A program made the translations under genes and the position numbers. Source: Thainema sp. (GTDB lineage Bacteria > Cyanobacteriota > Cyanobacteriia > Phormidesmidales > Phormidesmidaceae). From it: a DNA stretch of 64,000 nucleotides. Position 1 is the stretch's first letter. Every line of letters begins with the position of its first letter. The stretch lies in assembly GCA_052168235.1 (NCBI GenBank), contig JBQLZK010000015.1:1-64000 (forward strand), read 5' to 3'. Under the pieces are notes generated by a model. That model did no database searches, had not been told where the DNA came from, and was given only the letters and a program-made list of their open reading frames with translations. Shown here piece after piece: positions 47,000 through 58,267 of the stretch.

Positions 47000-47599
47000 A
47001 TGACCTTCGTTAAACGCAACCAACGCAAGCCTAACGTGATCCGATTTCAACTGCTCTGGAAAATAGTTAGTCTACATCGTAACGAAGTCAGACTCATTGC
47101 CACACTGGCAGCTATTACAGGCTATATGGTGTTCGCCAGTCCGGCAGTTTTGATGACCGCAATTATTATCGGCACGATTGCGATCGCATTTGGACTAATC
47201 AACCGCAGTGCTCAGTCCGTTGCGGGTCTGGGTTTGCCAATTCAAGGCTGGCATCTGGCCAGTATCGTAATTGCCATTTCCGCCCTAGTTGGAATGGGGT
47301 CAACTGACCCCGTCTTGGCCCAAATGTTCAACAACCTAGAGCAGTCAGTCAATGATGCCATCAACAACACTGGCGGCACCTCAATTTCTCCAGAAACCAT
47401 CACAACGATCTTCAATATTTTCCGCATCCTGATTGTTCTAGCCTTCCTGATTGGCGTGGTGATTGTCTTTACCCAGGCAACGCGAGGCGGAGACTGGCAA
47501 CCAATCGCCAACCTGCTCGCAATTGGGATAGCGTTCGTTATCGGTGTTGAGGTGATTTCCACCCTGATTATTGGCGGCGGAGCCAGTGCTGGTGGATAA
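47000..47599 (+). CDS. putative pilin (VirB2-like) membrane protein
   Basis: Multiple TM helices, VLA-Q processing-like site followed by two hydrophobic helices; precedes virB4. Confidence 0.55.
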   Translation: MTFVKRNQRKPNVIRFQLLWKIVSLHRNEVRLIATLAAITGYMVFASPAVLMTAIIIGTIAIAFGLINRSAQSVAGLGLPIQGWHLASIVIAISALVGMGSTDPVLAQMFNNLEQSVNDAINNTGGTSISPETITTIFNIFRILIVLAFLIGVVIVFTQATRGGDWQPIANLLAIGIAFVIGVEVISTLIIGGGASAGG

Positions 47600-47627
47600 A
47601 AACGTTCTGTTAACTTGCATTTGAATC

Positions 47628-50600
47628 ATGACTCGTGACGTAGACAGAGATCCGATCCGCGTCAACAAGTTGCTAGGGGAACGAGCCCGGATTGGTCCGA
47701 TTCCCGCGGAACAACTGTTGCCCTGGGTCGCCATTGGTGGCATGAGCTTCTTTCTGTTCAAGATGCTCCTAGCTGTCTCCTTTATGGCCTGGTTACTGAT
47801 TTGGTTCTGGCTAAATGGTACCTGGTGGCTCCTCACCGGACGCAAAACCTATCAGTTCATCAAAAGCTGGGCACAGCCTCCCGGTTGGGACTGGACAAAC
47901 GGTGAAACTTTATTTTTTCGTGCTCACGAAGATGCAGTCATGTGGCAAAAATTTCGCAATTTTCTGAAACGAAACAAAAAAATTAAGCGAGAGACCCAAG
48001 CGGGTGAAAAGCAGTTTGCTCCCTTCCAAGATCTGACTCACCTACACTCCATCGCGGAGGTGGAATTGAGTGGGCACAAGTTTGCTTGTCTCCTGCTCTA
48101 TGATGCAGGCAAGGATCAATGGTCAGCAGAAATTCCGTTCAAGTTACAGGGCTTACACCCCCAGCTGTATCGCTCAGAAGTTGAAGATGCGATCGCATCG
48201 ATTCAGCAAGGAATGTCGGAAATTCTAGAGGGGGAGCGCCTGCGTTTCCATACTGACTGCCGGTCGTCTATTAAAACCCGTAAATCGGAGCTGCGTACTC
48301 TCTCGCGGACCACCCAGATGCCCTCAGTTGCCGTCATGCTGCTGGATGAGGAAGTCCGCACCCAAGAGCTAACTGAAAAGGGGGCACGGCAGGTTTGGTC
48401 ACAAACGGTATGGGCCACCTGGTCTACGGCCCACGCCAACGAACAGGGAACAGACGCTATCGGCAAAGCAGTTCTCCAGGCCAAAAAACTGATTGATCAG
48501 CGTGTTCGCAAGATTGCAGGTACAAAAGCCATCCACTTTCAGCGATTTTATCTGAAGCTTATTCGCCAGATTCACGACAGCGGCTATATCAACTGGCGCA
48601 ATATTTTAGAAACCAAAGCTCGGCTCAATATTGAACCGATGGATGCCCAGGAACTTTGGGAATGGCTCTGGTACCGCTTCAATCAGCGTAAGGCTCCTCA
48701 GCTGACTCAGTACATTCGAGTGCAGTCTACCGACGATGGCATTCGGCAGCGGATTCCACCTTCCGGTCAAAAAGACCTGGTAACACTACTGCTACAAGGC
48801 GATCGCGGTCAGTCTTCCTGCCCCAAGCATAAGCGACAACACGGCTACGTGTACGTTAATGGTCTGGTCGGAAAGGTCGCCGTCATTGAAGCTCCTCCAG
48901 AGCTATGGCGCAATACCCGGCAGCAGCTCAAATGGATTTGGGATCGACTCTCTCAAGCTTGGATTCGGGACACCGAATGCGTGGTAGAGGTCACTCACAA
49001 AGAAGCCTGGTCTACCCAAGATGAGCTGGAGAAAATGAACCGCCAAAGCTATTTTGAGGCTCAACGAGCAGCCGTGTACGGAACAGGTCAAGACGTATCG
49101 GCCAGTTTCCAGCGACAACAGGCAGAGCAAGCTCTGATAAAAATTTATGAGGGACAACGCCCCCTGCTGGTAGCCTGTACATTCATTGTCTGGCGAAAGA
49201 CGGAGCGGGCTTGTGATGAAGCGATCGCACAGCTCTGTAACTCATTTGGAGCCGCCGAAGCCGTCGTTGAAAATGATGTCTGCTGGCGGGTGTGGTTAGA
49301 GACCTTACCGATTAATACATTTCCGCTGCTGACGCGCTACAACGCCTTTTCTGAGCGACGCGTTGTTCTAGATACTGAAACCGTTGCTGGCTTCCTACCG
49401 CTAACCTGTCCTAAAGACATCCAACAGCGGGGCGTGGAGTTTCTGACCGAAGAAGGGGGAAAGCCGCTCTATGTGGATCTGTTCAGCGGCACGGGGCGGG
49501 TGCTGATCACGGGCACTACGGGCTCGGGTAAGTCTGTACTCGGCTGGCGGTTTATCGAAGATGCCCTGGCTCAAAATATTCCGGTCGTCGGGATTGACCT
49601 CAGTAGCGGCGGTGACTCAACCTTTCAGACGGCTGTGCAATCCCTCGGCAAGTACGGAGCCTATGTCGATATCCTGCACGAACGACTCAATCTGCTGGAG
49701 CCGCCCAATTTGCTTAATCTAGAGCCGGATGACCAGCTGCAACGGTTCAAGCGGTGGAAGGATTTTGTGCGGCAGGCCATTGTTGCGATCGCAATGGGGC
49801 AAATTAATGACCAGCAGTTGCTAGAGCGGGTCAACAGCATCGTTCTGCGGACGCTAGATGTCTTTTTTTCTGATGCTGAAATTACCGAACGCTACAACGA
49901 GGCAATCGAGCAAGGCTGGCAGTCGGATGCCTGGCAGAAGATGCCCACGCTTCATGATTTTTTGAAGTTTTGCTCACGAGAGCAGCTTGACCTCAAAAGC
50001 TATGAAGACATAGACGCACAAGCAATTAACCAGATTGTGGCCCAGGTAGGAGCCAAGCTAGTTGATCCAAATATCGGTGATGCCATTGGACGACCCAGTT
50101 CGGTAAATCCAGAGCCCCTGATCACGTTTTATGCGCTGTCGGGGCTAACTAACGAAAGTAATTCCTACATCATGGCGCTCTCCGCACAAATGGCAGCACT
50201 GCGCAATGCTTTGGCTCATAATCATTCCCTGTTTGTCGGAGATGAGCTGTCGGTCTTGCTGAGTAAACGAGGCTTTGCTGACATCGTGGGGGAAACCTTT
50301 GCCACCGGGCGAAAGGAAGGAATCAGCGCGGTGATTTTAGCGCAAGACCTAGATGCGATCGTCGAGTGTAGTGCTTCAGCCAAGATTTTAGCCAATATCA
50401 GCATCACCATTACTGGCAAAACCACCCATGCAGGCGGTAACGCCTATATGCAGGCATTAGACTATCCCGCCAATGTCATCAAATACAACGCCACCGAACG
50501 CTTTAAGGGTAGCAAAGCCGATTTATTTACTCGTTGGCTGATAGAAGAGCAAGGGCGCTTCTGGCGAACCCGGTACTACGCCAACCCACTGATGCTGGCG

Positions 50601-50840
50601 GCCCTGGCAAATAGCGAAGCCGAACAGCTCGCCCGCAGCCGGGTGATGGCCTTCTATCCACCAACTACTCGCGGCTACCTAGAGGGGCTAAAAGACTTTA
50701 CGGGTCAGTATGTTCAAGCCATGCGCGGGGTGATCAGTTTTGAGGACATTCAAGCATCACCGCAAGCCCGGCGTCGAACTCAAGCTGTAGATCCAGATAT
50801 GGGCAACATGAGCAATTTAGTAAAGACGAGGACAGTATGA
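47628..50840 (+). CDS. virB4: VirB4-like T4SS ATPase with N-terminal VirB3-like membrane segment
   Basis: 1070 aa; ITGTTGSGKS Walker A, FVGDE Walker B, GRKEGI, LAQD; two N-terminal TM helices. Confidence 0.85.
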   Translation: MTRDVDRDPIRVNKLLGERARIGPIPAEQLLPWVAIGGMSFFLFKMLLAVSFMAWLLIWFWLNGTWWLLTGRKTYQFIKSWAQPPGWDWTNGETLFFRAHEDAVMWQKFRNFLKRNKKIKRETQAGEKQFAPFQDLTHLHSIAEVELSGHKFACLLLYDAGKDQWSAEIPFKLQGLHPQLYRSEVEDAIASIQQGMSEILEGERLRFHTDCRSSIKTRKSELRTLSRTTQMPSVAVMLLDEEVRTQELTEKGARQVWSQTVWATWSTAHANEQGTDAIGKAVLQAKKLIDQRVRKIAGTKAIHFQRFYLKLIRQIHDSGYINWRNILETKARLNIEPMDAQELWEWLWYRFNQRKAPQLTQYIRVQSTDDGIRQRIPPSGQKDLVTLLLQGDRGQSSCPKHKRQHGYVYVNGLVGKVAVIEAPPELWRNTRQQLKWIWDRLSQAWIRDTECVVEVTHKEAWSTQDELEKMNRQSYFEAQRAAVYGTGQDVSASFQRQQAEQALIKIYEGQRPLLVACTFIVWRKTERACDEAIAQLCNSFGAAEAVVENDVCWRVWLETLPINTFPLLTRYNAFSERRVVLDTETVAGFLPLTCPKDIQQRGVEFLTEEGGKPLYVDLFSGTGRVLITGTTGSGKSVLGWRFIEDALAQNIPVVGIDLSSGGDSTFQTAVQSLGKYGAYVDILHERLNLLEPPNLLNLEPDDQLQRFKRWKDFVRQAIVAIAMGQINDQQLLERVNSIVLRTLDVFFSDAEITERYNEAIEQGWQSDAWQKMPTLHDFLKFCSREQLDLKSYEDIDAQAINQIVAQVGAKLVDPNIGDAIGRPSSVNPEPLITFYALSGLTNESNSYIMALSAQMAALRNALAHNHSLFVGDELSVLLSKRGFADIVGETFATGRKEGISAVILAQDLDAIVECSASAKILANISITITGKTTHAGGNAYMQALDYPANVIKYNATERFKGSKADLFTRWLIEEQGRFWRTRYYANPLMLAALANSEAEQLARSRVMAFYPPTTRGYLEGLKDFTGQYVQAMRGVISFEDIQASPQARRRTQAVDPDMGNMSNLVKTRTV

Positions 50841-51895
50841 TTCGACATCGATATCAACAACTCACTGTGACGCTGACGGCAGCTTTACTCCTGAGCGCCA
50901 GCATGGGAAAGGCCGTCTATGCCCAGGCTACACCTCCCTTTAATCCCAACGCCGATAGCCCAGTCGATGACCTTGACTTAGAGGATATCGATACCGGGGA
51001 TGGAGAATTGAATGACATAGAAGAGGCAGCGGCGGATATTGAAACTGTGACTCGCGATGTGGATACCGCTATTCAGGATCAGCTCAGCAACATTGGGAGC
51101 ACCATTGAGGAGACGACGGGCGACCTCCTGGACGAAAACGGCACGATTGGCGAGGTAAAAGATACGCTTGACGCCGTGGGAGCAGTACAGGATGCTTTTG
51201 CCTCGCTAGAACAAACGATTACGTCCATTTTCGATATCAACCGATTATTTGACCTACTCAACCTCGACCTGCTCGATATGGTTGAAGATCCCCTCGGCGG
51301 TCTTGCCAATTCTGGCAGTGGCAAGAAGGGCAGCAATACCATCGAAATTTCCACTGGCGCACTGGGTTTACCCGACCCCAAACAGATTGAGCAGGAAATT
51401 GAAAATGCTCAACCCTCCGCATTTGAAGAGGTCGCAGCCACCAAAACCGGCGGCAGCGGCTCACCAGTCATCAAGCGCGACCTCGTTACCCAATTCGACC
51501 GACAGATGACTGATGAAGTGGCTGATCAGACAGCCCTCACCCAGGCTGGGCAGCAAAAGCTTCGAGAGAATGCCGAAGCCGCCAAGGTCGCGCTCAAGAC
51601 CTCTCAAGAGTTAGCCACTGACTCTGAAGAACAGGATGTTTCTCAGAACATTCTGCGAAATCTGAGTGCACAACTGGCAGCGCAGCAGCAAACCAGCACC
51701 CTCGACAGCGTGGGACACCAACTCCGAGCACGGGATGATGCACTGAGAAATAAGATGCTCGTCGATGCAGTTAGAGAGCTACAAGGCGACCGGATTCAAG
51801 ACCGGCGGGAAACCGCAGCGGCTTACTCCAGAAGCATTGTCCAGGGCGGTCAGATCATCATGCCAGGAGTGGGCATCAATCCAGGAGGAGTGTAA
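50837..51895 (+). CDS. exported T4SS component (possibly VirB5-like)
   Basis: Signal peptide (VYA-Q), helical/coiled, DVSQNIL motif; position in the operon. Confidence 0.55.
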   Translation: MIRHRYQQLTVTLTAALLLSASMGKAVYAQATPPFNPNADSPVDDLDLEDIDTGDGELNDIEEAAADIETVTRDVDTAIQDQLSNIGSTIEETTGDLLDENGTIGEVKDTLDAVGAVQDAFASLEQTITSIFDINRLFDLLNLDLLDMVEDPLGGLANSGSGKKGSNTIEISTGALGLPDPKQIEQEIENAQPSAFEEVAATKTGGSGSPVIKRDLVTQFDRQMTDEVADQTALTQAGQQKLRENAEAAKVALKTSQELATDSEEQDVSQNILRNLSAQLAAQQQTSTLDSVGHQLRARDDALRNKMLVDAVRELQGDRIQDRRETAAAYSRSIVQGGQIIMPGVGINPGGV

Positions 51896-51898
51896 CCC

Positions 51899-53053
51899 AT
51901 GAGTGAGCTAACCCACGCTCTGATCCTGGCTCAGCAGGGATCGGAAGCTGCCGCCGATGTCATTCAGGGAGCACTCCAATTAAGCGAGGACACGATCGCG
52001 TCCTGGAATGAAACCTGGATTGATCTGATCCGAGCCGATTCCCCGTTCTGGCAAACCATTGTGCAGTTTTCTCGGGGCATCCTGGCGCTCTGCTTCCTGT
52101 ATATGTTCGTTCGCTTTGGCAACGAGATTATGAAATCGCGCTATCTCGGTACAGTGGTCGAACTTTTTACCTTTCCGCTAGTGGTGCTGCTGTTTCTGGG
52201 CAACAACGGCAGACTTTTATCGGAGTCAGTTTTAGTGCTCCGGGCCGTAGGTTATCGCCTGACAACTGGACTTCTCTCTCAGCAAATTGTGGGATATACC
52301 CTTCAGGATGCTATCACCCAGTTTGGACTCAATAACCTAGGCATTCAGCGTATCAAGCAGATTTATAGCGAATGTGAGGGATTAACGGGTGATCCTTTTC
52401 TGGAGTGTTGGGACAGTAAGGCGGAAGAGGTGCAAGCCATCTATCAAGCTTTAGAAGCCCAAAACGGCAATATTAGTTTCGGTCCGCTGGAAGCGTTTGC
52501 CGAATCGGCGATTAACCGAACCGGCATCTCTGCCATCGGTGATTTAGTTGAGGTTGGCACTGGCACACTTCAAGGGGACTTCAGCGGGGCTTTTGCTAGC
52601 GTGCTGCAGGATCGGCTACTACCCATTATTCAGACAATCTTGTACGGACTTCAGTGGGCCTTTGTCAACATCGTGGAAGCGGCCTTACTGATTGCAGCGG
52701 TACTCGCTCCGATCGCGCTGGCACTTTCTATTTTGCCTGTCGCTGGTCGGCCCATCTGGGCCTGGCTCTCAGGCTTCGTCGGCCTGATTGGTCTTCAGAT
52801 TGGCTACAACCTGCTCGTTGGCATTGTCGCGGCAGTGTTAGCCAATACGCAGGGCGGAGCACTGGAAGTTTCCCAAAATCTAGGGTTCCTACTCTTTATC
52901 TCAATATTTGCGCCCGGTCTAGTCACCGCATTGGCTACCTGGAGTGCCACGTCCTTGTTCTCAGCAATTAGTCGTCGGGCCAACAGCATTGCCAGCACCG
53001 TTACAGGGGGGCTTTCGACCGCCGCAAAATTTGCAGTTCTCAAATCAAAATGA
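51899..53053 (+). CDS. VirB6/TrbL-like polytopic membrane protein
   Basis: Multiple TM helices, LAPIALALSILP...IWAW pattern; position in the operon. Confidence 0.7.
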   Translation: MSELTHALILAQQGSEAAADVIQGALQLSEDTIASWNETWIDLIRADSPFWQTIVQFSRGILALCFLYMFVRFGNEIMKSRYLGTVVELFTFPLVVLLFLGNNGRLLSESVLVLRAVGYRLTTGLLSQQIVGYTLQDAITQFGLNNLGIQRIKQIYSECEGLTGDPFLECWDSKAEEVQAIYQALEAQNGNISFGPLEAFAESAINRTGISAIGDLVEVGTGTLQGDFSGAFASVLQDRLLPIIQTILYGLQWAFVNIVEAALLIAAVLAPIALALSILPVAGRPIWAWLSGFVGLIGLQIGYNLLVGIVAAVLANTQGGALEVSQNLGFLLFISIFAPGLVTALATWSATSLFSAISRRANSIASTVTGGLSTAAKFAVLKSK

Positions 53054-53874
53054 TGCAGCAGTTAAAAGGATTGGTTCGCAACCAGCAGGATGATTCCCAA
53101 TTCACCACCATGCTGGCGGCAGGGAAAGAAACGGAGATGAATGGCACCGATATCTCGGCACCAGAGCAGCCGGTATATCTGCCGATCAAAAGCGAGAATT
53201 CGCTCATCATCGTCATGGGCATACTGGGCATCGGTCTACTCATCAGCGTCTTTGCCAATCTCTTCTTGCTCTTCAACAATCGAGCACTGGCACAACGAGA
53301 CAGCATCTATGTGCAGCAATCAGACGGCACCACGGCCAAAGCAACGGAATTTAATGTTACTCACCGTGAGGCGGAAGTGATTAAGAACACGGCAGTGCGC
53401 TGGATGCAGCTCACATTCGAGTGGGACAACCAGATTCCGGGCTCCAATGCTGAGGATCAGGGCTATGCCATTGAAGGCACTACGCAAAAGATTCCTACAG
53501 AAGTTTATCTAGCGTCGTACCTCATGGATAAAGGGTTTCGACAGGAATTTCTGCGGCTGATGGGTACTGAGAAAATCTCTCCCGGCGTCTTACAGGGACG
53601 CATCAAATCCTCTGTGCGCTTCTTTGCAGTCTCTGATCCTCGCCAGGTCGGTGAGGGGCTTTGGGAAGTGGATATTGTGGCGACGCGTATTGAGCGTGAC
53701 CGAAATCAGGAGGTCGCAGAGATCCCGATGAATCGAACCATCACGATGCAGGCTATTCCGCCCGTCGAGCCGGTGTTTGATGACCTAGAACCCTTGGCCT
53801 GGCGCAAGCAGATGTATGACCTACTGACCAACGGCCTAATCATTGTCAAAGTTGAACCTCTGGAGGTGGATTAG
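53050..53874 (+). CDS. VirB8-like bitopic T4SS protein
   Basis: Single TM then YVQQSDG and a periplasmic domain (WEVDIVATR); position in the operon. Confidence 0.6.
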   Translation: MMQQLKGLVRNQQDDSQFTTMLAAGKETEMNGTDISAPEQPVYLPIKSENSLIIVMGILGIGLLISVFANLFLLFNNRALAQRDSIYVQQSDGTTAKATEFNVTHREAEVIKNTAVRWMQLTFEWDNQIPGSNAEDQGYAIEGTTQKIPTEVYLASYLMDKGFRQEFLRLMGTEKISPGVLQGRIKSSVRFFAVSDPRQVGEGLWEVDIVATRIERDRNQEVAEIPMNRTITMQAIPPVEPVFDDLEPLAWRKQMYDLLTNGLIIVKVEPLEVD

Positions 53875-55611
53875 ATGGAGCAACATGATCAAACCCCCAA
53901 TCTGTCCTCTTTCGCAAACAAGGAGACCGAATTCACTGGCAGCCGGATCGAAACGGCTCCGGTTGAACCTGCAACGGCACAAACCGAACACCAGCAAAAC
54001 GGCAGCACAGAGGATGATATTTCCTATGAGGAGCGGGCTCAGTTTGCCGGAGTAGACACCGATTATGATGATGAACTTGTCACAACAGATGAACTGATTG
54101 ATGGCCCCAGCACAGCTAGGGAGAGGGGTGTGGAAAACTCACCCCTCTCCAGACTGGGATTCGTTACGAGTGCGTTGGGCGTGATCGTAATTATGATTTG
54201 GATATTCTCCGGCTTCTTTACTGGAAACAGCCAACAGGCTCAAGAGCAGGATAATGAACGCCCCCTCCCGTCAGAATCCGCTGCTAGCTATGGCGCTGAT
54301 GACCAGATGCGGGCAGAGCTGGCCCTAGTTGAGCAGGAGCGATCGCAACCTCAGCAACGGTTAGCAGAAACACCGCAACAGCCCACACCAGAAGCAGAGG
54401 AATCCTCGCCAGAGGAATCTGAGCCACCTCCTACGACACCAACACGAGTTGTGCGATCGCAACCAACACCCGCACCAACACCTGCACCCGCTCGGCCTAT
54501 TGCCTCTCCGCCCAGAGAACGAGCGGTAGCATCACCAACCCTGAGCTCGTCACGGCCATCCGAAGACACGGTCGATCCACTGGAGCGATGGACACGACTA
54601 TCGACCGCTGGAGCATCGGGCGCGGAAGTGGCTCTGGGATCGGAACCTGCAATCGACGCATCAGAAGCAAATCGGACTCAGGCAACACTAAACAGATTAG
54701 AGGCTGAACAACAATCCGCATCCTTATCACTTCCAACAGATACGATAGGCGACGCCCCAATTCCATTACCAATCGGTGGAGACACTAGAGAGAATACGCC
54801 TACCCTTCGAATGGTCAGCCAGCAGCAACAAAACCCTAATCGAGATGTGCTAATTTCCTCGTCGACACCGGGAGCACAAGGCATTATCCAGCAGCGTCCG
54901 GTCACAGCAGCGGAGGAAGATGGGACAGATACGACAGAAATAACTCGCCGTCATCAAGTGGCCATCGGTACTTCAACGACAGGAGAGGTTATCGTTCCGG
55001 TAGTTTATGCTGGCGGAGAACTGTCTGCTCAAGGGCGATTTGCGATTGAGCTATCAGAACCACTGATGGATATTAACGGCCAAGTTGCCCTTGAAGCAGG
55101 CACAGTACTGATTACTCAGCTCACGGAGATTTTAGACGCCAACATTTTACGGCAGCAGGTGGTGGCGGTTATATATCGAGATGCCAAGGATCAAGTCAGA
55201 CAGGAAACTGTTGAGCCAGGCGTACTGATGGTTCGCGGGAAGGATAATAGGCCCCTTGTGGCCCAGGTCAAAAATGACGATGGTAGCCGCGATTTTGGGG
55301 AGGATCTGCTAGTCGGTACGCTATCGGCACTTGGCAATATTGGGGCGGTATTGAACGCGCCTGATGCCGTTACCACCGCCACCTCAGAAACTGGAGAGAA
55401 TACGACAACCAGTACAAGCACAACTGTCACGAGTGGTCAGGATGATAATGTGGTCGCCGCTGCGTTAGACGGCTTTTTCACACCAGTGAGTGAGCGGGTG
55501 ATAAACCACATTGAGGGGCAAAACCAAACGTCATCCTCTCCCTACCTATTTGTTCCAGAAGGACAAGAGGTTTCAATTTTTGCGAACGGACTGCTGGAGG
55601 TGATTCGATAA
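53875..55611 (+). CDS. VirB10/TrbI-like protein
   Basis: Acidic N-terminus, one TM, Pro-rich linker, C-terminal beta domain ending VPEGQEVSIFAN. Confidence 0.7.
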   Translation: MEQHDQTPNLSSFANKETEFTGSRIETAPVEPATAQTEHQQNGSTEDDISYEERAQFAGVDTDYDDELVTTDELIDGPSTARERGVENSPLSRLGFVTSALGVIVIMIWIFSGFFTGNSQQAQEQDNERPLPSESAASYGADDQMRAELALVEQERSQPQQRLAETPQQPTPEAEESSPEESEPPPTTPTRVVRSQPTPAPTPAPARPIASPPRERAVASPTLSSSRPSEDTVDPLERWTRLSTAGASGAEVALGSEPAIDASEANRTQATLNRLEAEQQSASLSLPTDTIGDAPIPLPIGGDTRENTPTLRMVSQQQQNPNRDVLISSSTPGAQGIIQQRPVTAAEEDGTDTTEITRRHQVAIGTSTTGEVIVPVVYAGGELSAQGRFAIELSEPLMDINGQVALEAGTVLITQLTEILDANILRQQVVAVIYRDAKDQVRQETVEPGVLMVRGKDNRPLVAQVKNDDGSRDFGEDLLVGTLSALGNIGAVLNAPDAVTTATSETGENTTTSTSTTVTSGQDDNVVAAALDGFFTPVSERVINHIEGQNQTSSSPYLFVPEGQEVSIFANGLLEVIR

Positions 55612-56459
55612 TGCGTGCCTTTCAATTCATTCCCTGGCTGCTCCTAAGCGGCATCGTTTTGACAGCGACTGGTAGCAAAGCTCAAGCTCAGCAATTGGGT
55701 TCTCTACCGGATATCCCCATACCCAATCCGAGCGAAGCCATCCCAGCCACCAGCGTCGTGTCGCAAGAACAAGCCAGGAATTACGCCTCGCCAGTGATGC
55801 TCTATCCCGGTCGCAACAGTGTGATTGACTTCTCTAGCACGGGCGAAGTGATCACTTACATACAGCTCAGCGACCTATCTCGGATTGTCTATGATACCAA
55901 TGCTCCGATCGATAGTGGAGCTGCTCGCACAATCATTCTGCGCCCAATTCAGGCTCTCCACATCGACGGAACGTATACTGCGGCCATTCCCAATCTAGTC
56001 GTAACGACTGTGGATGCAGCGGGCAAGACCTACACGTATCTGTTTGACCTCTACCGAAGCCCAGATCGCTTTCCTGAGCAAAATGAATCGAGCGGCATTG
56101 CGATCGCACCATCTGTAGAGATTAGAGAGATACAAGTCCTCAATGCAGAAACTATTCAACCCAACGTATTTAGCACTGAGGCAGGTGAAGCCACCCTAGA
56201 GGATATTGAGCAGGGATTGACCGTTGCTATTGCAGAGAACTATACGCCATCCGATGATCCGATTGTCTTTGCAGTGCGGCAGGCCATTGCGATGGCCCGC
56301 AATGGCCTGCCACTGAGAACCGCAGCTCATCAGCTCCAGATCAATATGGCGGTTCTGTCATCTTTAGGAGAACTCGGTATTGAGGCCAATATTGAGGACG
56401 CGGCTGACGAGGTGCCAGAGTCTCAACCCTTAAATAGCAGGTGGAAGTCGAGGATCTAA
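55611..56459 (+). CDS. exported T4SS protein (VirB9-like)
   Basis: Signal peptide AQA; beta-rich LYPGRNSVIDF...IQLSDLSRI; coupled to the upstream gene. Confidence 0.55.
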   Translation: MRAFQFIPWLLLSGIVLTATGSKAQAQQLGSLPDIPIPNPSEAIPATSVVSQEQARNYASPVMLYPGRNSVIDFSSTGEVITYIQLSDLSRIVYDTNAPIDSGAARTIILRPIQALHIDGTYTAAIPNLVVTTVDAAGKTYTYLFDLYRSPDRFPEQNESSGIAIAPSVEIREIQVLNAETIQPNVFSTEAGEATLEDIEQGLTVAIAENYTPSDDPIVFAVRQAIAMARNGLPLRTAAHQLQINMAVLSSLGELGIEANIEDAADEVPESQPLNSRWKSRI

Positions 56460-56463
56460 TTTG

Positions 56464-58263
56464 ATGCTATTGGCCAATGCATTTACCGAGCCCTTGATCG
56501 AAGCGTGGCAGGTGATTACCGATATCCTCTGGTCGCCTCGGGGACTGCTGATGATGGGGCTGGTGATTGGGGTTTATATTCTGACTGCGCTGACTCCTCG
56601 TAAGACTCACCTCACGTCTGGACGGTTTGCGGGACGAGGAGACAAATTGAAAGCGAGCAACACAGCCTACCGACAGCTCAAAAATGATGATGTGGATGAC
56701 GTCGTGCTCTGGTGTGGATCACCGCCCAACTGGTTACACAATGGCTGGATGGCAGGGCTAGCAACAACCATCACTGGACAACCACCCACGGTCTATGTTC
56801 CAGAGGCAAATCGCAGTTCAGTGGTCATTGGCAAGGCCGGATCAGGCAAGACGTTTTCAGTGATTGATCCAATGGTTGCTTCGGCGGTGGAGCAAGGCCA
56901 TCCCATTCTGCTCTACGACTACAAAGCGGATGAATATGGCAAAGGAGGACAGCTCAGCTATCTGGCCACTTTGGCCGCTCGGTATCAGTACAATGTCCAG
57001 GTCTTTGCACCGGGAAGGCCCTATAGCTGCATCATCAATCCTTTGGATTTCGTAAAAGATGCCAACGACAGCACAACCGCTGGGGTACTAGCCGAGGTAT
57101 TTCACCGCAATCTGACTCGTGGGGGCGGTAAAGCGGATGCGTTCTTTGGACCTGCGGGGCAGCGCCTGATTCAAGCCTTGCTTCAGTTTGCTAAGTCTAC
57201 TCAGTATCCCGATTTGGCGATGGCGTTCTGCGTCGTGCAGTTGCCCAACTTAGTCAAGCGACTATCCTATGCAGCCAAAGAGGAACGGCTACCTTACTTT
57301 GTTCAGGTCAACTTTGCCCAGTTTATGAGCACGGGAGCCAGCGAAAAAACCGCTTCGGGTATTCTCGCTACCGCCAGCGATGTCCTGACCCGATTTATGT
57401 CACCCGATCTCTTGCGATCGCTGCTGGGCAGTACCAACGTTTCAGCCATCCTCGAACGTCGGGAAATCTTGGTCTTCCAGTCTGACATTTTCCGGCAAGA
57501 TGTGATTAATCCGCTGTTAGCTGCCATCATCAATGTGGTCGTGAATCTCAATTGTTCTATACAGCGCCAGGCTCCGTTGATTTTCAGTGCGGATGAGTTT
57601 CCGACTATCTACATGCCTCAAGCTCCAAGCTGGCCCAATCAACATCGCTCTAAGGGCTTCACGGGCATCTTTGGCTTCCAGTCCTTTCCGCAGATTATTG
57701 AAACCTATGGGCAAGAGCAAGCCAAGGCACTCTTATCAGCCTGTAGTACCCGCTTCTGGTTTAATCCAGGGGATGTCCAAACTGCCCAGCGATACAGCGA
57801 TGAGATGGGGGAAACAGAAGTCACCTACCGAACCCGCTCCTATAGTCGCAGTCGAGGAGATGATTGGGGACGCAATCGCTCTGTATCGGAGCAGATCCGC
57901 ACCAAGAAGCTCATCACGCCAGATGAGGTCATGCGATTTGGAGTCGGGGAATGCCTCTACATCAATCCGGCTTACAACCAGTGGCCAATCCACTACGACC
58001 GGATTCCGATTCCTAAAACCGACATCCAGCTCAAGAAAGAGTGCGAAGGGCTGTGGGAGACCATCCGCGATCGCATGATTCGACGAGAGCAGAACCGCAG
58101 ACCTAATCTCAATATGGAGGAACAAATTCGTATCCGGCTTCAGGAGGCAGATCGGTTACTGCCCATGCCGCCAGAGGACGAAGAGGTTGATAGCTACAGC
58201 ACAGGACAACCAACGCAACCAACAACTGGCGTCATCAATCTGCCCGATGGGCAAGAGTTCTAG
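56464..58263 (+). CDS. virD4: VirD4/TraG-like type IV coupling protein
   Basis: N-terminal TM, GKAGSGKT Walker A, YDYK, NPLD, ADEFP Walker B, GFQS..Q...YG. Confidence 0.9.
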   Translation: MLLANAFTEPLIEAWQVITDILWSPRGLLMMGLVIGVYILTALTPRKTHLTSGRFAGRGDKLKASNTAYRQLKNDDVDDVVLWCGSPPNWLHNGWMAGLATTITGQPPTVYVPEANRSSVVIGKAGSGKTFSVIDPMVASAVEQGHPILLYDYKADEYGKGGQLSYLATLAARYQYNVQVFAPGRPYSCIINPLDFVKDANDSTTAGVLAEVFHRNLTRGGGKADAFFGPAGQRLIQALLQFAKSTQYPDLAMAFCVVQLPNLVKRLSYAAKEERLPYFVQVNFAQFMSTGASEKTASGILATASDVLTRFMSPDLLRSLLGSTNVSAILERREILVFQSDIFRQDVINPLLAAIINVVVNLNCSIQRQAPLIFSADEFPTIYMPQAPSWPNQHRSKGFTGIFGFQSFPQIIETYGQEQAKALLSACSTRFWFNPGDVQTAQRYSDEMGETEVTYRTRSYSRSRGDDWGRNRSVSEQIRTKKLITPDEVMRFGVGECLYINPAYNQWPIHYDRIPIPKTDIQLKKECEGLWETIRDRMIRREQNRRPNLNMEEQIRIRLQEADRLLPMPPEDEEVDSYSTGQPTQPTTGVINLPDGQEF

Positions 58264-58267
58264 CTAG

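Noticed and set aside
57587..58078. 163-aa same-strand alternative-frame ORF inside virD4
   Set aside because: It overlaps the conserved ATPase core, has S/R/P-rich off-frame composition and no RBS, unlike the nested ORF at 31228-31701.
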